From the NCBI RefSeq assembly GCF_006345805.1, contig NC_043013.1:15624001-15688000 (forward strand): 64,000 bases of DNA, read 5' to 3'. This DNA comes from Octopus sinensis. Its lineage: Eukaryota. The notes under the pieces were generated by a model. The model worked only from the letters and a program-made list of their open reading frames with translations, ran no database searches and had not been told where the DNA came from. Every line of letters starts with the position of its first letter. Positions within the stretch are counted from its first letter, which is position 1. A program made the position numbers and the translations under genes. This document shows positions 26,083-39,723 of the stretch, piece after piece.

Positions 26083-27561
26083 TAAAAAAACACTACGATC
26101 ATTATTATATGGTACAAGTCGGTAAAGTAATTCTTCCTCTACAATAACTCTATCCAGTTCTTCTCGACAGATAAAAATGAGTTCCAAGGAGAAGCAATGT
26201 GCCGTAATTAAGTTCTTGGAGAATGAGAGGTGGAGGTTATCTAATATTAATAGAAGGCTATAAGATGTGTACGGAGATGACACCACCTATGAGAGCAATG
26301 TACAAAGATAAGTGAAGAAATTCATAGACGGGTAAACCAGCATTGGAGCAAAAACCATGCTGCAGAAGCCATTATCTGCAACCAACCTGAAACACAGCGA
26401 ATTAACGAATTGATTCGCACGGACAGACAAATTGCATTCCGTGACTTTGTTGCACAGATGGACTGTAGTCACAATGCAAAACAGAAGATAAGAATCTGAG
26501 TGTCGGAAAGTGTGTCTATGTTGAGAATCTTAGCTATTGACGTCCAGTTTAAGCGAGAGAAGAATGTAACTTTGATCTGCTAGAAGCTTTTGAAGCCAAT
26601 GAAGGAACGTTTCTTTTCCGATCTGATGAAAAAGCAAGGGCGTCTCTTTATGACCCGGAAACGACGGCTTGGTCCATGCACTAGCAACAAACGAATTCTC
26701 CCAAGGACTAAGAAGTTCAGGAGCCAGCGAACGGCACAGAAGGTGAAATGTAACACGTATACTCAATAGAATTATCTTTATCCCATCCGTTACATCGATA
26801 TTTGCTATTTTTAAGAGAGCGAGCCACTATGGAGAGGTTCCTTTATTTGATCATATAATTCATCTTAACTGTGTTGCCTACAGTTGTTAATGTTGAACGG
26901 CAGCATATTCGTTAGTGTGTTCAACACGATTTAATTACCGCCATATTTAATGCTGTTTCCTACTACAAGATTCTCACTGAACCATTTAACCAAGACTTTA
27001 ACTTATTTAACCGAAACTCAATGTAGATTAATCCGAGATGAATTTCTCATAGAAATCATTAATAATTCAATCAATATATACATTGTTAATTCTTTCATTG
27101 AAAATGATATAATGGCCAGGATTTTCTTCGTCTCTTTATCATCATCATCATCATTATCATCATCATCATCGTTATGATTACTATTATTATTATTATTATT
27201 ATTATTATATTATTATTACGATCATTGTCATCCTCATCATTATCCTCATCATTATCATCGTCGTTAACAACACAAAAGATTTGAACAAGTGAAGACTTCA
27301 ATAAAATATATGAATTTCAGAAGACGTGATTGTAACAAAGGAGAACTGATTGGAATATAAATGATAGAAAGAGAGACGGGGGGAGGGCAAGGGAGACAAG
27401 GGTGGGGGGAGATGAGAGAGGGGGAAATATGGGGTGGGGGAAAGAAAAAACGGAAAAAAGAGGGAGACTAGAAGAACAAAAACGAAAATAGAGAGACGGA
27501 GGGAAAGAGATATCAATCAATAGATAAATATATAATATATATATATACATCTATATGTATA

Positions 27562-27595
<34 letters not shown>

Positions 27596-27697
27596 CATCA
27601 TACATATAATATGTATATATATATATTGTGTGTGTGTGTGTATATAATGTATATATAATATATATATATATATATATACATATATATACACACACAC

Positions 27698-27728
<31 letters not shown>

Positions 27729-27835
27729 CATATACACTATATATATACATAGATATAAACATACATACATATAGGTATATATATATATATATATCTTTCT
27801 TTCTCTCTCTCTCTCTCCTCTCTATAATATATATA

Positions 27836-27875
<40 letters not shown>

Positions 27876-28141
27876 TATGTACATACCATATATTATATAC
27901 ATATACATATATATACATATGCACATATATATAACATACACATACGTATATATACACATTTATATATATATATATACACGTACATATATATATGCATACA
28001 TATATATATATACATATATATACACATATATATACACACATACACATACACACACACATGCACACATATATATAGGTATTAACAGGTATAGATAGACAGA
28101 CGGACAGACGGACAGACAGACTGACAGGCAGATAGACAAAA

Positions 28142-28222
<81 letters not shown>

Positions 28223-30595
28223 CAAACACATACATATAAATCAATAGAAAACGATTGCGAAAGATAAAGTAGCCGGTTTAATAGGTGACATAATCAGTTA
28301 AGTAGTGAATAAAACAACTTACTTTGAAATAATAGGTACGTCATAGGATAAATCAATTTTTTCAGGAGAATTGCCGACAGCAGCAGATATGAGCAGACGA
28401 CGTTTCCCGCTTTTCACTGCCTCCTTACTGAACGAATATCGAAGCTCCTTCAATGGAAACATACAGCAAACGCTATAATATGATATACACATAGATACAC
28501 TGGTACATACATACATACATACATACATACAATTTATGTATACGCATATGCTCACTCATATATGCATATATACAGGTACACACGATTGTATTGATATATA
28601 TGTGAGAGGTTTTTAAGATATATATATATATATATTATATATATATATATCTATATATATATATATGAAAAACAAGTAAAAAATAGAAAATGCTAAAATA
28701 ATTTTATAGTGAACATTTCCGTACCGTTTCGGTCATTTTGAGACCTTTTCAACTGTAACGATTAAATAATTAAATTTAGAAAAATTAGAAAAAAAGTTTT
28801 TTTAAAAGAATATTTCTATAGTAGTGTTCAGATTTAAGTGGCATTCTGCCTTTCTCTGACTCCCTTGTTTGCACTTGTGTGTTCGAGGTAGTTGTGAGCT
28901 CTTGGTAGGGTAGTAGAGAGAAGGCTGGTGAGGAAAGGGGGGTGGGAGAATCTGGGAGTGCCCTGATGGTCGTATTTTGAATGGTCAGTGGCGGCTGGCA
29001 GTCTCAGTTCAATTCAGGAGAATATTTATATTGACAGGCTTCTTTATAGAATTAGCGTAGGTGTTATACTAAAACACATTAGTGACTTAACATCAAGGAA
29101 CTGAGACATCCCAAATCAAAGAAAAACTTACAACCAAAAGCCTTACCATACATCTCCACACACAACCCTCTCAATAACGAAGCCTTCGACACCATCCTCC
29201 ACAACATACCCCTCCTAAAAAAAGACCACAGAATGAACACAATCCTCCAAAAACACACACGATCATAAAAAGCAAAAGACAGCCTAGATCCATGAAAAGT
29301 CTCCTTACACAAGCCCGAATTCACTCTTCAACACAGAAGCCGACAGTAAAAAAATGTGGAGACCCAATTGCGGGATATGCGACTATCTAATCGAGGTTCT
29401 GAGTTCTCCTTTCAAACAGGGACAACGTTTTACAGTGAAAAGCAACTTCACATGTGCTTCGGAGAACCTAATATACTCACTAACCTGCTCCGGGTGTCAA
29501 GAGCAGTACATAGGCAAACAAAAATGGTTTGCGTAACGATGGCCCTGCACAAGATCCCCAGATAAAAATTCCCCAAAACAGAAAAATAGCTTTTAGCCAC
29601 ACATAGATACTTGCGCCAACAAAAAACAGCAAACTTCAGAATTTTCCCCTCTACCAATTTAGGGACGATACAACCTCGAGACAACGAATAAGTAAAGAAA
29701 ATCTCTTTATTACAAAATACAAGCCACTTCTTAACGGGTCTACGACAAACAATTAATATACCTCAACTTTAGAATAAAAGAAAAAAATATATATACACAC
29801 ACAATACTACACTCCATAGAATCCATTACTAATCAGAGCCCTTCATAGCTATATTTACACCCATTCATATTCTCCCTTCTCTTTTTTTCTTCTTCTTCTT
29901 CTTCCTCTCTCTTCATCATCATCGTTATCATCATCATCGGCATCATCATCATCGCCACCATCATCACCACCATCTTCTCCTTCTCCTCCTTCTTCTTCTT
30001 CTTCTTCTTCATCATCACATCGTTATCATCATCATCGTCGTCATAATCATCACCACCATCACCTATCATCGTCATCTTCTCCTCTCCTTCTCCTTCTTCT
30101 TCTTCTTCTTCTTCTTCTCCACCCCCTACCCCTTAAGTTTGTCACTAATGTTTTTTAGTATAACACCTACGCTAATTCTATAAAGAAGCCTGTCAATATA
30201 AATATTCTCCTGAATTGAACTGAGACTGCCAGCCGCCACTGACCATTCAAAATACGACCATCAGGGCACTCCCAGATTCTCCCCCCACCCCCTTTTCTCA
30301 CCACCTTCTCTCTACTACCCTACCAAGAGCTCACAACTACCTCGAACACACAAGTGCAAACAAGGATCAGAGAAAGGCAGAATGCCACTTAAATCTGAAC
30401 ACTACTATAGAAATATTCTTTAAAAAACTTTTCTTCTAATTTTTCTAAATTTAATTATTTAATCGTTACAGTTGAAAAGGTCTCAAAATGACCGAAACCG
30501 GTACTGAAATGTCACTATAAAATTATTTTAGCATTTTTCTATTTTTACTTGTTTTTTCATATATATCAACTCGTGTGTTCCTTTTCACCCCCTTA

Positions 30596-30647
<52 letters not shown>

Positions 30648-30652
30648 CTATC

Positions 30653-30690
<38 letters not shown>

Positions 30691-30707
30691 GTGTATATAT
30701 ACGCATG

Positions 30708-30745
<38 letters not shown>

Positions 30746-30824
30746 TATATATATGTACACATACACACGTATGTAGACACAGAGAGAGGATAGATATAGA
30801 TAGATAGATAGATAGATAGATATA

Positions 30825-30879
<55 letters not shown>

Positions 30880-31252
30880 CGAATATTTAGAATAGAAAAA
30901 TATTAATGGTACGCATGGATTAATTGGAGAACTGATAAAATGCAAAATGAGAAATCATCATGTATGTATATGTTTGTATATAATGCGTCGTAGGAATGTC
31001 TGTGTATGCGTGATGTGTGTGTCTGTGTCTGTGCGTGCTTACATAATGTAAACGGATGTGTGTGTGTGTACAACATATATATACATATATATATATACAT
31101 ATATGTATGTATATGTTTGTCTATGTATATATGGATATGTGTGAATATATGTGTAATTGCTTATATACGTATATATGCGTGTATATATATATATATATAT
31201 ATAGAATACAAGCATATAAATATATACATATATCATATATTATACTATACAA

Positions 31253-31290
<38 letters not shown>

Positions 31291-32442
31291 ACACACATAT
31301 ATATGCATGTTTGTGTTTGTGTGTACATGTATGGATATGTGTGTATATGTGTGTGTATTTGCTTGTACACGTACGTGCGTGTATGGATTATATATATATA
31401 TACTATATATATATATATATATTATATAGTAATATAATATATATTATATATATATACATATATCACTGACAGCATACAGCGAATATCGATCATGCAGAAT
31501 CGATAGGAATTGCTATTGCAATCCGGTCGATACACTGAGATATGGGAACGAACACACATTTCCAGACACACGGATCTATATAATTTTGTAGCTCATCTAA
31601 GTACACTTGCTCTTTCCATCCAGCTTTTTCTCTCAACCACACTACGCTGTGTTCTCTCTTTTGAGTGAATCCCAAGTCTTATTTTTTTGACAGACTTTAT
31701 ACCTTGTACCTTTCTTTGCATCCTCTCACCTGTTCTTAGATATTCCTCCCCTTGTTCACCTGACAACTCAGACCTTTCTTTGACCATCTTGATATAACTC
31801 TCACTCAGTTTGCTCCGCGTTTCACACACATTGAAATTTTTCATCACTTATTTCCGCACAGCTGTTAAGAAAACACTAATCTCTCTCTTTCTCACTCGTT
31901 TTTCGCTCTCTGATGGAGTTCCCCTATCCTAAACATTCAAATGCTTCATATCTCATGAAAGTAATTTAACACTTCAAACTTGGTACTTACATGAACGGGA
32001 ATAAACCCACAATGTTCATAAAGCCGTGGTGAGGACAAAACAAACACATGCACACACACACACACACACACACGCACACACACACACATACACCACACAC
32101 ACACACGACACACGCGCGCGCGCACAGACACACACACACACACACGCAAGAATATATATTTGCAAATGGAGGCCTACTTTTCATTGACAGCCAGTGATTG
32201 TCACACGCTGATGACGGATCAATATTCAGAAACTCGAGTCCGTGTGTATCATAGGTCGAAGACGGGAAGGATGGTTTCCCTTTGCAAATACTGATAGGGC
32301 ACAGAAAGTGTGTCGATAGCCAGCTGGAGGAGGTGTCCTCCTGGGGCTACAAGCTACATTAACATCCACCCTTAGGGATTAGCCACATTTAAGTGGAAAA
32401 TATACTTCACTATATGTATATGTATATATATGTAATATATAT

Positions 32443-32535
<93 letters not shown>

Positions 32536-32636
32536 ATATGTATCTATATATATATATAGTGTGTGTATATTATATATATGAATATAGTATATATATAGAT
32601 ATATGTGTGGGTAAATATATATATATATATATATAT

Positions 32637-32675
<39 letters not shown>

Positions 32676-33224
32676 GATGGACCTTCACGCAGTTTCCGTT
32701 AGCCAAATTCCTGCAGAAAGTATTGGTTGGCCTCGAGTTCTTATAGGATGCACTTGCCCTAGATGCTGCGCTATAAGACTGAACCTGAAACTACGTGGTT
32801 GCGAAGCGGTTTTCTTAACTATATAGCTATGTCATATAAATGCAGGTATACGGTGAAATATAAATGAATAAAAGAAAATAAAACTTACCTTTACTAATTT
32901 GGAGAATCTATGTTTGTCTTCGGGAGGGCTACCTCGAGTAGCCGGGTATTCCCAGTCGAGATCAAGACCATCAAAGTTGTGTTTTCGAAGAAAACCGGCA
33001 GCATGGTTTATGAAGTTTTGTCTGGTTGCTTGAGTTTTCACCATCGCCGTAAATGGGGACGAGCCCATAGACCAGCCACCTATGGCTAGCAATGTCTTCA
33101 GTTCGGGATTTTTATTCTTCAGTTTATTGAACTGTTTGTATAGATCTGGTAAAGAGAGGAGAAAAAAAACGAGGTAAAGCTTGTTGATACGATGTATGTA
33201 ATCTCTCTATATATAAGCGGCAAA

Positions 33225-33276
<52 letters not shown>

Positions 33277-35729
33277 TTTATACAAATCTACAATTTTCCA
33301 GTTAGAGGGATCGCACTTTCAATGTTCATTCAAAACCGTCCAAGGGTGGTCGTGCACATCTTTACATTTCCCCAGTCACCCCGCAAAGCCATTAAAAAAT
33401 CAATAGAAGTGACTTTTTTGTGAATTTTCTATCCAAAACCCAATCAACGTCATAGGATCACACAAGAATATCGAAGACTAGTTGATTATATCATCCCTGG
33501 TGGGATTCGAACTCAAAACGTAAAAGGATACAAGGAATTTAATCAGATGCTCTTGTGATTCTGTCGTCGAACATTCCATTTAAAATAGTAATTTCTTATA
33601 TTGATCAAAGCCTGGTACATAATCTATCGGCTCTTTTGGCGAACCGCTATGTTAAGGGGACGTAAACAGACCAATACCGGTTGTCAAGGGGTGGTAGCAA
33701 CACACACACACACACACGCACACGCACACACACACACACACACACACGCACACACAACACACACATACACACACGTATGTATACGATAGGCTTCTTTCAG
33801 TCCCCGTCCACCAAATTGCCTGGCAAGACTTTGTTCGACCCGAGGCTATTGTAGAAGATACTTGCCCAAAGTGTTACGTATAGCGACAGAGCCTGGTACT
33901 ATGGGATTAAGAAGCAAACCTCTTACCACACAGCCACGACTGCGCTTATTCTCCTATACATGAAATATATAAAATATTAAATTCTTCATCATTTATGATT
34001 ATCACAGGCATTACTTTACTTCTTTATTGCCCATAGGGGGCTAAACATAGACGGGACAAACAATGACAGACAGACAGGCAGACAAGGGGATTAAGTCGAT
34101 TACATCGACCCCAGTGATTAACTGGTACTTAATTTATCGACCCCGAAAGGATGAAAGGCATAGTCGACCTCGGCGGAATTTGAACTCAGAACTTAACGGC
34201 AGACGAAATACCTATTTCTTTACTACCCACAAGAGGCTAAACACAGAGAGGACAAACAAGGACAGACAAACGGATTAAGTCGATTATATCGACCCCAGTG
34301 CGTAACTGGTATTTATTTAATCGACCCCGAAAGGATGAAAGGCAAAGTCAACCTCGGCGGAATTTGAACGCAGAACGTAACGGCAGACGAAGTACCGTTA
34401 AGCGTTTCGCCCGGCGTGCTAACGATTCTGCCAATAGCATAGCAGCATTTTTACAATGCGACTAAACGTGTGCTTAGGAACATATTGCATTGAATATGTG
34501 TTTCGGAATATAGTCCATACAATGTGCGTTGGGAAATACATCCACTGTCCAATATGGCTTATGAAACAGTGCGTAGCATGTGTGCTACGTAATACAGAGT
34601 ATTACAGTGTATATAGTTCTTGTGCTGTGATCTTCAGAGAACGTTTTGGTCAGATAATGAAAGGTTCGCCAGGCCAAATTAATTGTAGTTCTATTAAGTT
34701 TTCGTTCACTTGGAACTGTGCACGCTCTTTTACTGATTATGTCTTACTACAATAAATATGATTACAAGACATAATATATAAAGTACTGTCTGTCTGTTTT
34801 TCTACCTACCAGACTGTCTATGTCTCCATATACGTATACGTATCCTTATCGCCCTTTTGTCGATTTTTATCGGGAAGCTGTGTCGCCTGATAATCAGATA
34901 ACTGGGTTCTAAGTCATGCCGTTAATCTGGGAGGTGCATGGTGTCTTTCTGCACGACACTTTATTTCATGTTACTCCAGTTCACTCATCTGGCAAAAATC
35001 AGTATTTAGACAGATAGGACGACCAGTCAGCGTCAAGTTAGCACGGCGAGCTGGTAGAATCGTTAGCACGCCGGGCGAAATGCGTAGCCGTATTTCGCCT
35101 GCCGTTACGTTCTAAGTTCAAATTCCGTCGAGGTCGACTTTGCCTTTCATCCTTTCGGGGTCGATAAATTAAGTACCAGTTACGCACTGGGGTCGATGTA
35201 ATCGAATTAATCCGTTTGTCTGTCCTTGTTTGTCCCCTCTGTGTTTAGCCCCCTGTGGGCAATACAGAAATAAATATTAAGAAAGAGGTACGATCCAGAA
35301 TCTTCAAGTATGAAGTGAGATACGTACAGAAGGGAATGTCTATAGCCTACTTTTGCCCTTTTGTCATTTTGTTATTTGTCTTCCTATGTATCTAACGACT
35401 GCCCGGTGTATTTAATTACGCTAAATTTATACAGACAGTGTTGGTTCAAAAATACTATATTACACGGAGCCAAAGAATCAGTGTATTCGATTTAATAAAG
35501 TTCTTAATAATAGTTGATATAAAATATATATATATATATTTTTTATATTGAGATTGGAGCAATCTCAATATTAATCAGCCGAAATTGCGAGGATGATCCG
35601 GTTCTTGACTGAGGATAGAAAGCTTCGAATGACCCGTCCGTGCTTTTTTGTATCGTCTATCTGGATGTTTTGTTGTCCCTTTTTGTATCACTTAGTTGTC
35701 CGGATGTTTTGCGTTCTTGTCCCATTTTG

Positions 35730-35785
<56 letters not shown>

Positions 35786-35786
35786 G

Positions 35787-35855
<69 letters not shown>

Positions 35856-36087
35856 TATCACCGTAAACAAATAGAGATGTGTTATCAGTTGATAATGAAA
35901 TGGCAATAAAGAGTGAATATTCTCCAGCTAAATCCTCGCCTTCTGTTCAAGGTGTGATTCTATCAAAAGGTGAACCGTTTACGACTGTCTGATGCATTTT
36001 ATTAAGTTCAGTTTACTCACACAGTGTTAGCTGAAATATATTCTTCTGCAGCATATTATGGTATCTATCTATCTATCTATCTATCTA

Positions 36088-36135
<48 letters not shown>

Positions 36136-38940
36136 ACTTCTCCTTCTAGAAATAACATCCAACTCGCACTCGAATAACACCCTATTGATTACAGACAGAC
36201 GAGTATATTGGTTACATTCTTAAATATGCTATATTTGAAAAAATATATATGAAAAGATCACAATTAGAACCACTTTAATCAACGAATAACTGGAATAGAC
36301 TTTACCTCTAATTCACCACCACCACCACCAACAACAACAACAACGACAACAACAACAACGTCAATAACAACAACAACAGCAATAATAAAAACAACAACAA
36401 CATTAAAAACACTGGTCAACAAAATATAATTTATTATACTCATTGTGAATGCAAACCAGCTTTTTAGACTAATTTTTCATGCTGATTTCAAAATTTCACT
36501 CCATTTGTATGCAGCACGTATCAGTTTTTCAGTAGACACATGCAAATATTTACGTATTTGTATATATGAAATCATTAACGTAATAAATAAGAACATGTTG
36601 TTTTTAGAAAGTAAATGAGTTTGTTGAGTTGAAAATCATCACTTTCATTCCACAAAGAGTGAATGCACAAAAAATGGGTAAGACAAAACAAAGTTAGAAC
36701 AACAGAGTTAGAAACATTGTGATTTGGATTTCCTGCGTTGTCCTGGTCTGGTTGATCACGGTAAAATGTCCACCAGTAGTTAGCCAGCATGCTGTCAATC
36801 TAGAAGCCTTGGTACCGTTTCTCCATAGCACTAATGTCCTGATGAAATCTTTCGCCATGTTCATCAGACACTGCTCCAAGGTTATCTGCGATGAAATCCA
36901 GATGAGAGTCCAAGAAGCGAACTTTCAGTGACATGCGACAACCCATTGCTGAGTAACATTTCAGAAGATTCTTGACGCTATCCTTGTTGTCCATTGCTCT
37001 CTTGTTTCCCAAGAAATTCTCACAGATCCAATTGAATACATTCTAGACAGACAATTCCAGTTCTTCCAGTGTTATCTTGAAGCTGGCATCTTTGAGTACC
37101 GACGAAGGGGTCCGACAATGATACCCTCTTTCAACTTCGCCTGTATGATTTTGGGAAACTTTTTTACAATATACTCAAACCCTTTGGCATTTCCCTTCCT
37201 CAGTGTCTTTACAATCTGTTTCATCAGTCCAAGTTTTATGTGCTAAGGAGGCAATAGGACATTACATGAATCTACAAGAGGTGTATCCTTAACACTTGAC
37301 AGTCCTAGCTTGTCTACCAGTTTGAATCCGAATAATGTGTCAGTTGCTCAACTATTCCATGACTGCATTCCCATTAACATTCCAATGACATTTAACTCTC
37401 CTCATATTTTCCATGAGTATCTTTCATAGACAATGGCATAAAGTAAAAGTTCCGTATTCTCATATGATTCGTGAAAATGAACGGAGTGTGCAATAAGAAT
37501 GGAGGACTTCAAATTACCATTATGGAGGAAGTACAGCTTTTAAACATTGTTTTGAAGAGTCAATATGCAAACACCACTCTGCAGGATCATGATTTTGTGA
37601 TAAATATTCGAAAAGTCCATCGATGTTACTGCAAAAGCAAAGCGGGCCTTCAACAGAAAACCACTTTTGTAGAACCACATTTCTCTGCAGAAAATAAGTT
37701 ATACGAACACCATGTTCTAGCAGATACTTCTTCTTCAGTCCTGATGCAATCAGTTCTGCTTTATCTTTTGAGAGGGATAGGTCTCTGACAAGGTCATTCA
37801 GTTTAGCTTGGGAAAATTACTGAGGTTCAAAGCTATCGTCATCAGCCACGTAATCTTCCTCAGCAAAAGTATCGTGACAGTCAACATCATCGTCTGATAT
37901 TTCAATACCATCATCTGGTGGAACTGGAATTGGCAGCCTTCCATTGTGAGGCACAGGTCTCATTGCAGAATCTAAACTGGGATACACAATTTTGTGTTTA
38001 TTTTTCATAGAAAATCCTGTAGTCAGTAAAATAGTGGTTCGGTTCCCTCCATATCATTGAAATGGCAAAGGGCATGGACGTCTTCATATTATTGAACCAG
38101 TCACGTAAGCCATTTGAACAAGCTGAGCAGATAAAATATGGTGCCCATAAATTTTTCTGATCTCCAAGAGGACAGTCAAAGTATAGCCTGATCTTTCACA
38201 ATAAATTGTCCATAGACATAACAAAACACACCAAGACATTTTTTACACTGTCTTAGCATTATTGACACTGTAAAACAAGTAAGGAAATAGATACAAACGG
38301 TTAAACTTATATTAAATTTGAGATGATTAAATATTTCATCAGACCAATTATGACCGGACAATTTGAGATGTTGAAATACCTATTTCATCAGACAAAACTT
38401 GATTGGCTAATTTAATATGATGAAATATTGGACCTGAACTATGCAGTTATGGATAATGTAGTTTATTTTAAAGGTATGTTTCCATGATGTAAATGAAATA
38501 CAGGTATCCACGTCATTAATTGGAAATTCTATATAATGCATGGGCTAAAACCAGAAAACTTTCTCATCTTGAATACTTTACGTGATGTCAAAAAACTAAT
38601 TGTATATTTGAAATCAGCATTAAAATCTACGCTACGTACATGCTTGATGAAAAATACTTGTTGACCAGTGCAATCTATAACATAAATTCAAACATAAATA
38701 TTTATTAATTAACTATAGTCACTTACTTGTATACGCATTGTCATTCCAACCGGTCGGTGCAAGATGGCCGCTGTGATCAAATTTTGCAAAAGCAAACACA
38801 AGGTGAGTACAAAGGAAAGGATCAATGTCTTTCGGCAATAGCTTCGCAGGGGAGGCACGATATTGAGACCAGTTGGTATAATAGCACACTCTCTTGTAGG
38901 ATTTAGCTAGGTACGAAAAGCAGAAAAAGTATATGTTATA

Positions 38941-38973
<33 letters not shown>

Positions 38974-39319
38974 TGTATGTATGTATGTATGTATGTATGT
39001 ATGTATGTATATGTATATACATATGTATATACATATGTATATATATGTATATACTTTGGGGAAAGGGGGGTCAGTCGATTAGATCGACCCCAGTACGCAA
39101 CTGGTACTTAATTTATCGACCCCGAAAGGATGAAAGGCAAAGTCGACCCCGGCGGATATAAATATATTCAAATGTGTGACAAGTTCAAAAGAAATTTTGC
39201 CCGGACACTTAAGATTAAGTACTCAAAAATAAGTCAAATGGAAGTTTTATTATATAATACGGAGTTTTATCTTTTTATCTTACATCTATACATACATACA
39301 TTATATATATAAATGTGTG

Positions 39320-39382
<63 letters not shown>

Positions 39383-39442
39383 ATATATATACTATATATA
39401 CATATATATATATACATATATATATATACTATATATATATAC

Positions 39443-39518
<76 letters not shown>

Positions 39519-39519
39519 T

Positions 39520-39598
<79 letters not shown>

Positions 39599-39689
39599 AC
39601 ATAATATATATATATAATATATTATATATATATATATATATAATGTATATATATATGTATATATATATATATAATGTATATATATATGT

Positions 39690-39723
<34 letters not shown>

